64,000 nt of DNA from a virus (IMGVR_UViG_3300022188_000007:1-64000); one strand, 5' to 3'. Positions 15,297-25,335 are shown, counted from the stretch's first letter. The notes: generated by a model not told the origin, from the letters alone. Translations and numbers: made by a program.

Positions 15297-18143
15297 ATGA
15301 AAAACTTATTAAAAATAATTATAATATTGATTCTACTTCTAATTCCCGTTATCATTAATAGCACTCCGCCTGAAAAGGTACTGATTGTAGGCTCATTTAA
15401 CTTCCCTCCTGGAATCTTTTTAAATAAACAAGGAGAGACTGAAGGTTTTTTTGTAGATTTATTAGAAGAGATAGCAAAAGAAGAGGGTTGGAAATTAGAG
15501 TTTAGATTCACTACCTGGAGTAAAGGCCTAGAAATGATGAGCAACTCCGAGTTAGACATATGGACCAGTACAGCCTATACTGAGACAAGAGACGAATATA
15601 TGGATTACACCGAAGAGCCTGTACTGACTACGTGGGTGGAGGTGTTCTCTTCAACAAAATCCAAGATAAATAGTATATTCGATCTTAAGGATAAGTCAGT
15701 AGGCATGATGAGGAGAGATATAAATGGCATTATATTTAGGGAATATGCAGATAAACTAGAGATATCTTGTAATATCAGATACTATGAAGATTATGCTAAA
15801 GTATTTGCTGATCTGGGAGCTAATATAATAGATGCAGCAGTCACTAATAATATGGCAGGCGGCTCATATTCTACTAGCCATAAAATTAGACGAACTAATA
15901 TAGTTTTAAGTCCCTTCCTCATTTATTATACTGTTCCTGAAGGAAAAAATATTTATGTACTAGAGGCAATAGATTATTATCTAAAGAAATGGAAACATGA
16001 CGATGACTCTGTATATTACAAATCCCTAGATACTTGGCTACATAAGAAAGCTAATGTACAAAATGTAATACCAAACTCTGTAAAAATTGCTGGTATAGTC
16101 GCTATGTTTGGTTTATTTGTAATGCTTACAATTACTTTACTTTTTAAGAGAAAAATTAAATTAAAATCTAGAGATATATTAGAGAATGAGGCCGACTATA
16201 AATCTACTTTAGAGCATCTTCTTATAGGCATAGTGGTACATAATAAAGACACTGGAATTATAATGTGTAATGAAGAGGCTGAAAAGATATTAGGACTGAC
16301 TCATGATCAAATGATAGGTAAGGGGGTTACAGCGGAGGAATGGAGTTTTGTAGCTGAGGATTTGTCCATAATAAAACTTAAGGACTACCCAGTAAATAAA
16401 GTAATAAATACAGGTAAGCCCCTAAAAGATAGAGTATTGGGAATAAATAGGCCAGATAAGCCTTATACCACTTGGGTACTAGTTAACGCTGTTCCAATAT
16501 TCACAATGACTGGTAAATTAAAAAAAATAATAGTAAATTTCATAGACATTACTCATATTAAACAAACCGAAGAACAATTAATAAAGAATGAACAATTTTT
16601 ATATACTACTAGTAAACTTGCTAAGGTGGGTGGTTGGGAATTAACTAACAAACACACTATAACCTGGTCAAAAGAACTTTACTATATGCACGAGATTCCT
16701 ATAGGTGAGGAGATATCTCTTGATATACTCATTAATGAATTTTTCTCAGAACAAAAGGAACTTATTGATGAGGCATTTACTGAGTTATTTAATAATAAAC
16801 AAAAAATCTCTATCCAATTAAAGCTTATTACAAGAAAAACTAAGACTTTAAAATGGTTAAGAGTTATAGCTACCCCCTTACTAGGAAGTAATGGGGAGGT
16901 TAAGAAGGCCATTGGAGCTACACAAGATATTACCACTGTACATAATTTTGCTAAAGAAAAAGAACTTATGTCTAAGCAACTACAACAATCTCAAAAAATG
17001 GAAGCTATCGGTACTCTCGCAGGAGGTATAGCCCATGATTTTAATAATATCCTTTCTGGAATATTTGGCTACACTCAATTAGCTGAAATGAGTGTAGAGA
17101 CTCCAGATAAAGCCAGGAAACATTTAAAAATGGTAGTATCTAGTGCTCAGAGAGCAGCAGCTTTAGTACAGCAGATATTAACTTTCAGTCGAACATCTAA
17201 TGCTCCTCCAGCCCCCTTAAAAATATACCTTGTAATAAAAGAAGCCATGAAACTACTAAGAGCTTCTATCCCTTCATCTATAAAACTTACTATAGACATA
17301 CAGTCTAAAGATAGTGTTAAGATTGATCCTACTCAAGTGCATCAAGTTATAATGAATTTAGTAACTAACGCATATCAAGCTATTGGTGACGTAGATCAAG
17401 GGGAAATAACTGTAGTGGTAGAACAAAGTTTTGTCGACAAAAAGGGACTAGTACCAAAACTAGGACTAAAATCAGGTAATTATATTAAATTATCTGTATG
17501 TGATACTGGGCCTGGAATGACTAAAGAGGTACAAGAGCGTTTATTCGATCCGTATTTTACTACTAGAGTAAAAAGTAAAGGGACTGGGCTAGGCCTATCC
17601 ATTGTTCATGGAATAATAACAAATGCTGGCGGAAGAATAGATGTTTATAGTGAATTAAATATAGGTTCTTCTTTTCATGTTTATTTACCTATCAGTAATG
17701 AGCTCAGTGAGGAAGAAAAGGGTAAAATAGTAATTACTGATAAAAAACTACTCAAAGGTACAGAAACCCTAATGATAGTAGATGACGAGCCTATGGTGGT
17801 ATCTGCTTTTCAAACCATATTAGGTAAGTACGGTTATAGTGTAGATATATTTAAGAATGGGGCGTTAGGACTAGCTGCGTTCGAAGAGGCACCAACTAAA
17901 TACAATCTAATAATAACTGACCAAACTATGCCTATCATGACTGGTGCTGAAATGTCTAAACATATACTTGAAATAAATCCTAATATACCAATAGTTCTTT
18001 GTACCGGCCATACTACACAAGTAACTAAAGAGCAATGGAAAACTATAGGAATTAAAGGAGTTCTAAGTAAACCAGTACTAACTAGTGATCTTTTGATGGC
18101 TATTAGAACTATACTAAATGAAGAAAACACAGAATGCACTTGA
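15297..18143 (+). CDS. Hybrid sensor histidine kinase (periplasmic SBP family 3 sensor, TM, two PAS, HisKA, HATPase, receiver)
   Basis: QSQKMEAIGTLAGGIAHDFNNIL H-box; QVIMNLVTNA N-box; DTGPGM, FDPYFTT, GTGLGLS; receiver IVDDE..LIITDQTMP..LCTG..KP. Confidence 0.95.
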   Translation: MKNLLKIIIILILLLIPVIINSTPPEKVLIVGSFNFPPGIFLNKQGETEGFFVDLLEEIAKEEGWKLEFRFTTWSKGLEMMSNSELDIWTSTAYTETRDEYMDYTEEPVLTTWVEVFSSTKSKINSIFDLKDKSVGMMRRDINGIIFREYADKLEISCNIRYYEDYAKVFADLGANIIDAAVTNNMAGGSYSTSHKIRRTNIVLSPFLIYYTVPEGKNIYVLEAIDYYLKKWKHDDDSVYYKSLDTWLHKKANVQNVIPNSVKIAGIVAMFGLFVMLTITLLFKRKIKLKSRDILENEADYKSTLEHLLIGIVVHNKDTGIIMCNEEAEKILGLTHDQMIGKGVTAEEWSFVAEDLSIIKLKDYPVNKVINTGKPLKDRVLGINRPDKPYTTWVLVNAVPIFTMTGKLKKIIVNFIDITHIKQTEEQLIKNEQFLYTTSKLAKVGGWELTNKHTITWSKELYYMHEIPIGEEISLDILINEFFSEQKELIDEAFTELFNNKQKISIQLKLITRKTKTLKWLRVIATPLLGSNGEVKKAIGATQDITTVHNFAKEKELMSKQLQQSQKMEAIGTLAGGIAHDFNNILSGIFGYTQLAEMSVETPDKARKHLKMVVSSAQRAAALVQQILTFSRTSNAPPAPLKIYLVIKEAMKLLRASIPSSIKLTIDIQSKDSVKIDPTQVHQVIMNLVTNAYQAIGDVDQGEITVVVEQSFVDKKGLVPKLGLKSGNYIKLSVCDTGPGMTKEVQERLFDPYFTTRVKSKGTGLGLSIVHGIITNAGGRIDVYSELNIGSSFHVYLPISNELSEEEKGKIVITDKKLLKGTETLMIVDDEPMVVSAFQTILGKYGYSVDIFKNGALGLAAFEEAPTKYNLIITDQTMPIMTGAEMSKHILEINPNIPIVLCTGHTTQVTKEQWKTIGIKGVLSKPVLTSDLLMAIRTILNEENTECT

Positions 18144-18167
18144 CAAATAAAATTTATGTTTTATGTT
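18140..18167 (+). promoter_or_regulatory. Sigma70-type promoter
   Basis: TTGACA-N16-TATGTT. Confidence 0.55.
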
Positions 18168-18186
18168 ATAATAAAGGAGAAATCTA

Positions 18187-18399
18187 ATGGACAAATTTAG
18201 TTATTTTGAAGTAATGGATAGGGCCCATGTGGTAAATGATCATTTCCATGAATATGTAGAGATACATGAGGTAGTACAAAAACACCCAGAGCTAAAAGAG
18301 GCTGCAGAGAACGTAACTAGTGTAATGTATTCGTTTTATTGTTTGACCAGTGCTTATTTAACCAAAGAAGGCAGAGATGAAAGATTAAAAGGAAAATAA
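18187..18399 (+). CDS. Hypothetical protein
   Basis: AAGGAG RBS; EVMDRAHVV..EHE-like pattern. Confidence 0.6.
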   Translation: MDKFSYFEVMDRAHVVNDHFHEYVEIHEVVQKHPELKEAAENVTSVMYSFYCLTSAYLTKEGRDERLKGK

Positions 18400-18837
18400 A
18401 TGATTTATTTAAAATACTTATATCATCTTATTGAGCACAAATGGCGGGTAGGGGTTGAATGTATTAAGATGGGGTTATATTGGCATGCACTTACCCATGA
18501 TTTATCTAAGTTTTACCCATCGGAGTTTATAGCTTATACCAAGCATTTTTACGCAGGCCCTAGACGGAGTTTATTTGAGACAGCATGGTGTCACCACCAA
18601 AATAGGAATAAACATCACTGGCACTACTGGGTGAAGTCTGACGGACATGCAGTTCCAATGCCTGAGAAGTACGTAAGACAATTGGTGGCTGATTGGAGAG
18701 GTTTAGGTAAACAAAAGGGGTTTGATAGTGCTGGAATATTTTTTACTAAAAATAAACACAGGATGGTACTACACAAAAAGACAAGATCGCTTATACTAAC
18801 AACACTATATGAGGATATATTAAAAAACGATGAATAA
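18400..18837 (+). CDS. DUF5662-like HD-related protein
   Basis: HKW.V..HDLSKF.PSEF..W.HHQNRNKHHW.YW..MP..LVADW. Confidence 0.7.
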   Translation: MIYLKYLYHLIEHKWRVGVECIKMGLYWHALTHDLSKFYPSEFIAYTKHFYAGPRRSLFETAWCHHQNRNKHHWHYWVKSDGHAVPMPEKYVRQLVADWRGLGKQKGFDSAGIFFTKNKHRMVLHKKTRSLILTTLYEDILKNDE

Positions 18838-19294
18838 GAAAGATAAATTAATTAAATGGTATAACAGTATAGATAACTTTAGTGAACTAGAAGACTGGTA
18901 TACTGAGTTACCTTTTATAGCAGATACTAAGATAGAAGAGAACTATTGGACATTAAGTAGACTTAAAGACACTATAGTTGAGACGCTATGGTGGCACCCA
19001 CTTAATTTTGTCAGTAATATAATTACATATCGTAAGTTCCTTTGGAATGACAGATGGTTTGATTACACATATTTACTATATATGATACAAATTAAATTAG
19101 AGCAGGATTCTAAACGTTACCGACTACGTGGTATGTGTGTGCCCTCTACCGAATATGCGGAACAAATGGAAAGAGCAGTAGCGTTATTAAAAAAAATAGA
19201 AAAAGATGACTATGAAGATCTTGAACAACAACCAAGAGACATACATAAATTATTTAAATATATAGACAATAATATCTTAGGATGGTGGGATTAG
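18830..19294 (+). CDS. Conserved phage hypothetical protein
   Basis: LWNDRWFDY.YLL and C-terminal I.GWWD pattern. Confidence 0.65.
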   Translation: MNKKDKLIKWYNSIDNFSELEDWYTELPFIADTKIEENYWTLSRLKDTIVETLWWHPLNFVSNIITYRKFLWNDRWFDYTYLLYMIQIKLEQDSKRYRLRGMCVPSTEYAEQMERAVALLKKIEKDDYEDLEQQPRDIHKLFKYIDNNILGWWD

Positions 19295-19310
19295 TGCTAC
19301 TCTTCTTCTT

Positions 19311-19335
19311 TAACTAACCTATAATATGTATAGAG
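19311..19335 (+). promoter_or_regulatory. Phage-specific upstream motif, copy 6
   Basis: TAACTAACCT-ataa-TAT..TAGAG. Confidence 0.6.
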
Positions 19336-19406
19336 TATTGTTTTTCTTTAGTCACATGATTTGACTTTAATTTAGTTAAAAAAACTTTATAAGGAGGTAA
19401 TTTCAT

Positions 19407-19814
19407 ATGCCTATTGATTTCAATATAAATAGAGCTACCAATATAATTACCCATAAATGGGAAGGTGTTATAATAGGTAAATATATGTTTAAGCGTCTAG
19501 AGGAATTGACTCAGTTAACTAGTTGGACATTCGGTATGAGCCATATAATAGATATTAGGGAAGCTAATTTTGAACAAATCGCTCAAGCGGAGCTTTTACA
19601 GATTTTAACCAGAATGTCAGCCAATACCTTAAGAAACGCTAAAGGTAAAATCATAGGCGAAATAGCTTTTTTAACCAATAAAGAAAAGATAAATGCTAGC
19701 TACGAAATAAAATTATTTAATTTATTTAGTACAAAAACTAAAAGAAAAATGGGATTATTTTATGACATTGTTTCGTTACATAAATGGTTAAGAAATGAAG
19801 GAGCGTGTTTATGA
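19407..19814 (+). CDS. STAS/SEC14 (SpoIIAA-like) hypothetical protein
   Basis: W.G.I..IIDIREA..IAFL..F.D...A/L..WL pattern; AAGGAGG RBS. Confidence 0.5.
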   Translation: MPIDFNINRATNIITHKWEGVIIGKYMFKRLEELTQLTSWTFGMSHIIDIREANFEQIAQAELLQILTRMSANTLRNAKGKIIGEIAFLTNKEKINASYEIKLFNLFSTKTKRKMGLFYDIVSLHKWLRNEGACL

Positions 19815-20080
19815 AAAAATATACTTTATTATTCTCAATAGCAATAACTCATGATATACCTATAGACGATATGTTAGACTTAACCTATGAAACAAACGGC
19901 GAAGAACGTGAAGTCCCCACTAATATAATAGCCTCAGATAATCTAGAGGAGATAGAAAATATAATTTTAGAAAAAATTATTACTATATTTAAAGGAGTTA
20001 AAAAATTTGATAAAAAGATTCAGATAGATGAATGGCTTAAGAATTTAGAACTTATTAGGATAAAAAAGGATGAGCAGTAA
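19811..20080 (+). CDS. Hypothetical protein
   Basis: AAGGAG RBS; start overlaps the upstream stop. Confidence 0.55.
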   Translation: MKKYTLLFSIAITHDIPIDDMLDLTYETNGEEREVPTNIIASDNLEEIENIILEKIITIFKGVKKFDKKIQIDEWLKNLELIRIKKDEQ

Positions 20081-20238
20081 TGGAAGATGTAATAAAGGAT
20101 TACATTAAAAATATGTTTGCCACAATTTTACCAGAATGGGACCCTAACTATGAAGGAGTACTCCTTTATGACATTCAGACACATACTTGGGTGGGGGGAG
20201 ATGGTATAGGGTGGATAAAAATAAAAGAGGAAGCTTAA
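20080..20238 (+). CDS. 52-aa stand-alone copy of the N-terminal module of the downstream 1033-aa protein
   Basis: MEDVIKDYIKNMFATILPEWDPNYEGVLLYDIQTHTWVGGDGIGW; compare MEIGLINYIKNMFSMETTPVWNSSYEGVIFYDKNSRKWVSGNNEGF. Confidence 0.75.
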   Translation: MEDVIKDYIKNMFATILPEWDPNYEGVLLYDIQTHTWVGGDGIGWIKIKEEA

Positions 20239-20241
20239 TAT

Positions 20242-23200
20242 ATGGAAATAGGCTTAATAAACTATATCAAAAACATGTTCTCCATGGAGACAACCCCTGT
20301 ATGGAACTCCAGTTATGAGGGTGTAATTTTTTATGATAAAAATTCTAGAAAATGGGTCTCAGGTAATAATGAGGGTTTCCAGGTTTTAGATAGAAGCAGC
20401 ACAATGGTATCAGGAATAGCACCAATTGATTGGATCGACCCCTTTGAATATCCTACCGATGAAATTCTTAGAAATAATTATACAGTAACAGATCTAGGTG
20501 AACAACCCGCAGCAACTCTAACTAAATCAGTGATATTAGATATAACTGATAATTGGGGAGGCGCTAGTGCAGTAATGTGTAGAGAAGTAGATTTTTATTT
20601 TGAAGGTATTAAATTACCACTAATTCCTTCAGATTACATAGTCTATGGGCAGGCTCATTCTACTCCATACGAGGTTGCTAATTTATTCGATACTGATACC
20701 AGCTTAATAGATGCACATATAGATAATGGGTGGCAACAAAATACATCTAGTTCTACAAGGGTAATTATAGTTTTCAACACATCACAATTATTTGATAGTA
20801 TAATAGTTAATAATCATCACACCACTGGTACTGCTACTGAGTGGGGCATCCAAAACGTTAAAATTACTATAACACCTGATATTGAAAGTAATACAACCTA
20901 CGATGCCGTTATTACTAATGGGGTTCTGATATTTGACGGTGTATTTGATAGGCATAGTTCAGTTAATGAAGTGGATGCGCAGACACTGGTATTACAAAAT
21001 TTAGTAGCTGTATCTACATTAGATATCTATGTAGATAACACTAATACTACTTACGGAGATTACTCATTAAAAGGTATAGCTACTCTTTCAGGTTCGATAG
21101 GTTCTAGTATCACCAAAACCATGCTACCAGAAATAAACACGATAGATAAAGAAATATTAGCGTTTGATATTAAATCTTCTAGGGTGGGTACTAACCTTGA
21201 GCTACAATTATTAAAAGAGACGGAAGCTTCAACTTCTATAGTAATAGATATAGCAAATGATTGGGGTGGAGCAGAAACCTATATGTCGATAAGAAGTGTG
21301 GAATTTTTAGACAGTGAAGGGGCCGTAATACCGTTAACAACTAATTTTACGGCTTACTCAACATCAGTATACCCAGGCTATGCTGCAAGTATGGCCTTTA
21401 ATACCGACCTTTTAAAAGTAGGTTCTTGGAGCACAAATGCTTGGATTTCAGTTCAAGGCTCTCAAACTAATCAAAGATTGATATGTGTATTTGACAACCC
21501 TCGTACAGTCTACGGGATAATAATTAATAATGGGCATCATCTTGGGGGCTATGTCACACAAGGAGTTAAAGATATTAAAATCTATGCTTCAACTGACACA
21601 ATTACATCTACTATATATGATGAAATTATTACAAATTCTATACTAGCCTATGATGGCCAAATTGACCAGCATGTACCTAGTGATGTAGTAGATGATCAAC
21701 CATTAGAAATAACTAGTCACGCATTGGAAAGGTATAATATAGACATACCACAAGCTAACACTTTTGTATCTAAAGAATTAGATATAACCACCAGTTCTGG
21801 GGTATTTAATAAACTCAAGTTAGAAATATTAAATGATGATTTAGATAATACTTTTTATATCGATAACATGCGATTTAAGGCACCAGAGCCAATTCATTGG
21901 ATTGATCCTATAGAATACCCCACTAATGATATAATAAGAAATAACTATATATCCACAACTCCAGGTACTGAAAGTTTAACAACCAAATCTATAATATTTG
22001 ATATAACCAATAATTGGGGGGATGGTGATTTTATGGGAGTCAGAGTAATAGAATTTTTATTTGAGGGCTCTGTAATATCAAACATACCCACAACTAATTT
22101 TATATCCTATGCTACTTCAAACCTCACAGACAGTTATCACCATGAGCATGCTTTTGATACTTCTCAACCAAAAGACGGCGGGGCTGCTGATAATGACTGG
22201 TTGAGTACTAACGGACAAACAACTAATCAGAGGTTAATATGTGTTTTTAATACACCCACTACATTTGATTCGATAGTGATAAATAATAGTACAAGTAGCG
22301 CCAATAGAGGAATTAAAGATTTTAAAATTACAATGTCTGATGATGCGATTACATCTACAATATATGATGCAGTAATAGCAAATTCAGTGGTTATTTTTGA
22401 AGGGCAGATAGATACACACGAAGTATCAGTACCGTCTGACGATCAAATATTATTTATACCTCTATTAGGTCCTACTCCTTTACAAGTGTACTCAGAAAAT
22501 AGTATTAATACTTATGGTAATTACTCTCTAAAAGCTATTGCTGAGATATCCGCCTCACAAAACGAGCAACTTGGTAAAATACTTTCCCCGGTTGTAGACA
22601 CTTCTACCATAACTAATATTAAATTCGATGTAAGATCTTCTAGGGTAGGAACAAATATTCAAGTACAATTAAAAAATGAAACTACTTACACTGCCAAGTC
22701 AGTAATTATTGACATCACAGATAACTGGGGATTAAACACTTTAAACCTAAGAGCTATGGATTTCTTTTTAGATGATGTATTAATACCAATAACTATATCT
22801 GATATCACATCTTATGAAACTACAAAGTATGATGCTCAGTATCCTGCCTCTAATGTATTTGTAACTTCTTTATCTAGAATTGGAACCCATGTAAGTACAA
22901 GTTGGAATGGTTCGGCGGATGCTGTTACTTTTCAAAGATTAATATGCGTATTCAATTCACCTATCACCTTTAACAAAATAGAGATGATTAATTGCCATGT
23001 ATCAGGGGCTAACACAGGTAGTGGCCTTAAAAATACTATAGTGACTATTTCTGATGATACCATAACTTCTACGGTGTATGGGGCTGGGATAACTAACTCT
23101 ACTGTATTATTTGATGGTGTTATAGATGAGCATTCTCTAATAGATGAAGCAGATGAACAAGTTATAATAGATAGTTACGACGTAGGAACAACACATAATA

Positions 23201-23343
23201 TAAACATACAGAATATAAATACTTTTCAGACAGAAACCTGGGATTTAACTACAGCTTCCGGTATTTACGATACACTGACTTTTACAGTATTAAATGATGA
23301 TTTAGAAAATACTTTTTATATCGATAACATAATTAAGGTATAA
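20242..23343 (+). CDS. Large repeat-built beta-sandwich protein (two CBM-like frames, each with two nested discoidin-like inserts); probable virion adhesin
   Basis: Four S[VI]I.DI.[DN]NWG..R..[DE]F units; two PI.WIDP.EYPT..I.RNNY ... LNDDL[DE]NTFYIDN frames. Confidence 0.65.
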   Translation: MEIGLINYIKNMFSMETTPVWNSSYEGVIFYDKNSRKWVSGNNEGFQVLDRSSTMVSGIAPIDWIDPFEYPTDEILRNNYTVTDLGEQPAATLTKSVILDITDNWGGASAVMCREVDFYFEGIKLPLIPSDYIVYGQAHSTPYEVANLFDTDTSLIDAHIDNGWQQNTSSSTRVIIVFNTSQLFDSIIVNNHHTTGTATEWGIQNVKITITPDIESNTTYDAVITNGVLIFDGVFDRHSSVNEVDAQTLVLQNLVAVSTLDIYVDNTNTTYGDYSLKGIATLSGSIGSSITKTMLPEINTIDKEILAFDIKSSRVGTNLELQLLKETEASTSIVIDIANDWGGAETYMSIRSVEFLDSEGAVIPLTTNFTAYSTSVYPGYAASMAFNTDLLKVGSWSTNAWISVQGSQTNQRLICVFDNPRTVYGIIINNGHHLGGYVTQGVKDIKIYASTDTITSTIYDEIITNSILAYDGQIDQHVPSDVVDDQPLEITSHALERYNIDIPQANTFVSKELDITTSSGVFNKLKLEILNDDLDNTFYIDNMRFKAPEPIHWIDPIEYPTNDIIRNNYISTTPGTESLTTKSIIFDITNNWGDGDFMGVRVIEFLFEGSVISNIPTTNFISYATSNLTDSYHHEHAFDTSQPKDGGAADNDWLSTNGQTTNQRLICVFNTPTTFDSIVINNSTSSANRGIKDFKITMSDDAITSTIYDAVIANSVVIFEGQIDTHEVSVPSDDQILFIPLLGPTPLQVYSENSINTYGNYSLKAIAEISASQNEQLGKILSPVVDTSTITNIKFDVRSSRVGTNIQVQLKNETTYTAKSVIIDITDNWGLNTLNLRAMDFFLDDVLIPITISDITSYETTKYDAQYPASNVFVTSLSRIGTHVSTSWNGSADAVTFQRLICVFNSPITFNKIEMINCHVSGANTGSGLKNTIVTISDDTITSTVYGAGITNSTVLFDGVIDEHSLIDEADEQVIIDSYDVGTTHNINIQNINTFQTETWDLTTASGIYDTLTFTVLNDDLENTFYIDNIIKV

Positions 23344-23358
23344 AATAAGGATGGAGTT

Positions 23359-24018
23359 ATGCAATTTAAAACTAAAGCATTGAAAGACTTATTACTGGAT
23401 GTAGTAGAATACGGGCACGATATTGTCTGGGCTACAGATATTCACCTAACGGTAGTCTATTTCAATGAGGCTATAAAGAACTATGGATGGAAAAGGAAAG
23501 AACTGATAGGTAAAAGTATATTAAACATGATGGATGCCACCTCGTGTAAATTATTTAAAACAACTGTAGCTGAATATTTACCTACCTGTAGAAAAAGTAA
23601 TTGCGTAAAAATTATAGAAACCACTAATTTTTTTAGTAACATGGCAGATACATTTGTTCTTGAATCAGCTTGTAAATTACTATTTGATGACCTAGGTAAA
23701 ATAGTAGGGTTCTATGGAACCAGTAGAGATATTACAAACAAGAAAAAATTAGAACGTATTAATCTAGAAAATGAGCGTTTAAAAGCAATAGTAGAAGTTG
23801 CAGGTGGGGTCTGTCATGAGGCAAGTCAACCATTACAGATAATGAGTGGTTACATTGATCTGCTAGACACCACCACTCTTAATGACGAAGGTACTAGATA
23901 TTTAATAAATCTTCGTTTAAGTATGGAAAGATTAAGTGCTATAATTAGAAAGATACAAGGCATGGAGACCTATAAAACTAGGACTTATTTAACTACTAAT
24001 ATAATGGATATAAAATAA
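23359..24018 (+). CDS. PAS + HisKA dimerisation protein lacking the ATPase domain
   Basis: PAS (YFNEA..GWKRKELIGKS..G.SRDIT..K) then AGGVCHEASQPLQ; ends without an HATPase domain. Confidence 0.85.
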   Translation: MQFKTKALKDLLLDVVEYGHDIVWATDIHLTVVYFNEAIKNYGWKRKELIGKSILNMMDATSCKLFKTTVAEYLPTCRKSNCVKIIETTNFFSNMADTFVLESACKLLFDDLGKIVGFYGTSRDITNKKKLERINLENERLKAIVEVAGGVCHEASQPLQIMSGYIDLLDTTTLNDEGTRYLINLRLSMERLSAIIRKIQGMETYKTRTYLTTNIMDIK

Positions 24019-24027
24019 GGATTAATT

Positions 24028-24279
24028 ATGGAAAAAGAAAAAAGAAAATATAAACGAGTCAAATTTAAAAATTATGTAAATTTAATAAATAAAGATGAAA
24101 AATTTAAAGTAAAATCGATAGATGTATCCCAAAAAGGTATGTTTATAAGTACACATGTTTTTAATGTAGGAGATAAATTAATCGCTATATTTTCAGTACT
24201 TCTCAATATACCATTTAGAAGAGATGGTATAGTTGTCAGAAAGAATACGGAGGGAATAGGTATTCAATTTTTAAAATAG
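24028..24279 (+). CDS. Stand-alone PilZ domain protein
   Basis: EKRKYKR (RxxxR) and DVSQKGMFI (DxSxxG); G.VVR..GIGIQF. Confidence 0.9.
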   Translation: MEKEKRKYKRVKFKNYVNLINKDEKFKVKSIDVSQKGMFISTHVFNVGDKLIAIFSVLLNIPFRRDGIVVRKNTEGIGIQFLK

Positions 24280-24309
24280 AATTTAAATACATAGAGAGGA
24301 GGAATTATT

Positions 24310-25173
24310 ATGAAGAAAGCATTTCTTGTAGGAATTAATAAGTACTCTAATTCGGCCCTTAGAGGGTGTGTTAATGATGTAATTACAATATTCCAAATAT
24401 TGACATCTAAATTCGGTTTTAAGGCAGAAGAAATTAAAGTAGTATCTGACTATGAGGCTACTAAAGAAAACATCGTAAACGGGCTAAAATGGCTTACTAC
24501 AGGTGTACAATCAGGTGATACTATTGTATTCCATTATTCAGGTCATGGGTCTCAGGTTATGGTAGATGATTTAACTTCCACAAACGAGGCAGATGGTAGA
24601 GATGAAATTCTATGCCCAGTAAATTTAAACTGGAGCGACCCTTTAAGAGATCATGAAGTGGGTGCCTATTTTAAAAGAGTTCCAAAGGATTGTACCACTC
24701 TAGTTATTCTAGATTGTTGTCATTCTGGTACTGGTTTAAGGAATGGCTTTGCCGCTGGTGACAAGTATACCGAAAAGGATTTTATTAATAGATTTATATC
24801 ACCCCCATTATCTAATATATTAACTAACTCTTCAGTTATTATAACAGAAGATTTTTCATTTGATTTTCCAGACCCACAAGTAAATAGGCGAGCTAAAAAG
24901 AATAACTTTTTGATAAATACTATAGATCAAGGAGATGCTATCTTACTAGCGGGTTGTGAAGAGAATCAAACAAGCGCTGACGCTTGGATTAATCACCAAT
25001 ATAGAGGAGCAATGACCTATTCTCTAGCACAGACTTTAAATAAATATAATTATGATATATCGTATAGCAAGTTGATGACAGAGATGAATAAATTCATGGA
25101 CAGTTTTAGGTATACCCAGAATCCACAATTAGAATGTAATAAAAGTTTTTTCAATAAAAAATTCTTAAAATGA
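24310..25173 (+). CDS. Caspase-family (C14, ortho/metacaspase) cysteine protease
   Basis: AFLVGINKY..LRGCVND; FHYSGHG and LDCCHSG catalytic dyad; GC..NQTSADA..GAMT..QNPQL. Confidence 0.95.
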   Translation: MKKAFLVGINKYSNSALRGCVNDVITIFQILTSKFGFKAEEIKVVSDYEATKENIVNGLKWLTTGVQSGDTIVFHYSGHGSQVMVDDLTSTNEADGRDEILCPVNLNWSDPLRDHEVGAYFKRVPKDCTTLVILDCCHSGTGLRNGFAAGDKYTEKDFINRFISPPLSNILTNSSVIITEDFSFDFPDPQVNRRAKKNNFLINTIDQGDAILLAGCEENQTSADAWINHQYRGAMTYSLAQTLNKYNYDISYSKLMTEMNKFMDSFRYTQNPQLECNKSFFNKKFLK

Positions 25174-25193
25174 TCGACTAATAAAGAATTTAC

Positions 25194-25221
25194 TTGACAA
25201 TAGAATTTTAATAGCTATACT
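25194..25221 (+). promoter_or_regulatory. Sigma70-type promoter
   Basis: TTGACA-N16-TATACT. Confidence 0.75.
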
Positions 25222-25335
25222 ATAGATATGAAACTAATAGAACATGAAAAAAAAAATAAGTATGAAGATGTCTGTGGGCCCTTGCCTAGTACTTTTATTG
25301 GTACGGGCCTACCCACATAAAAGGAGAACTAAATT

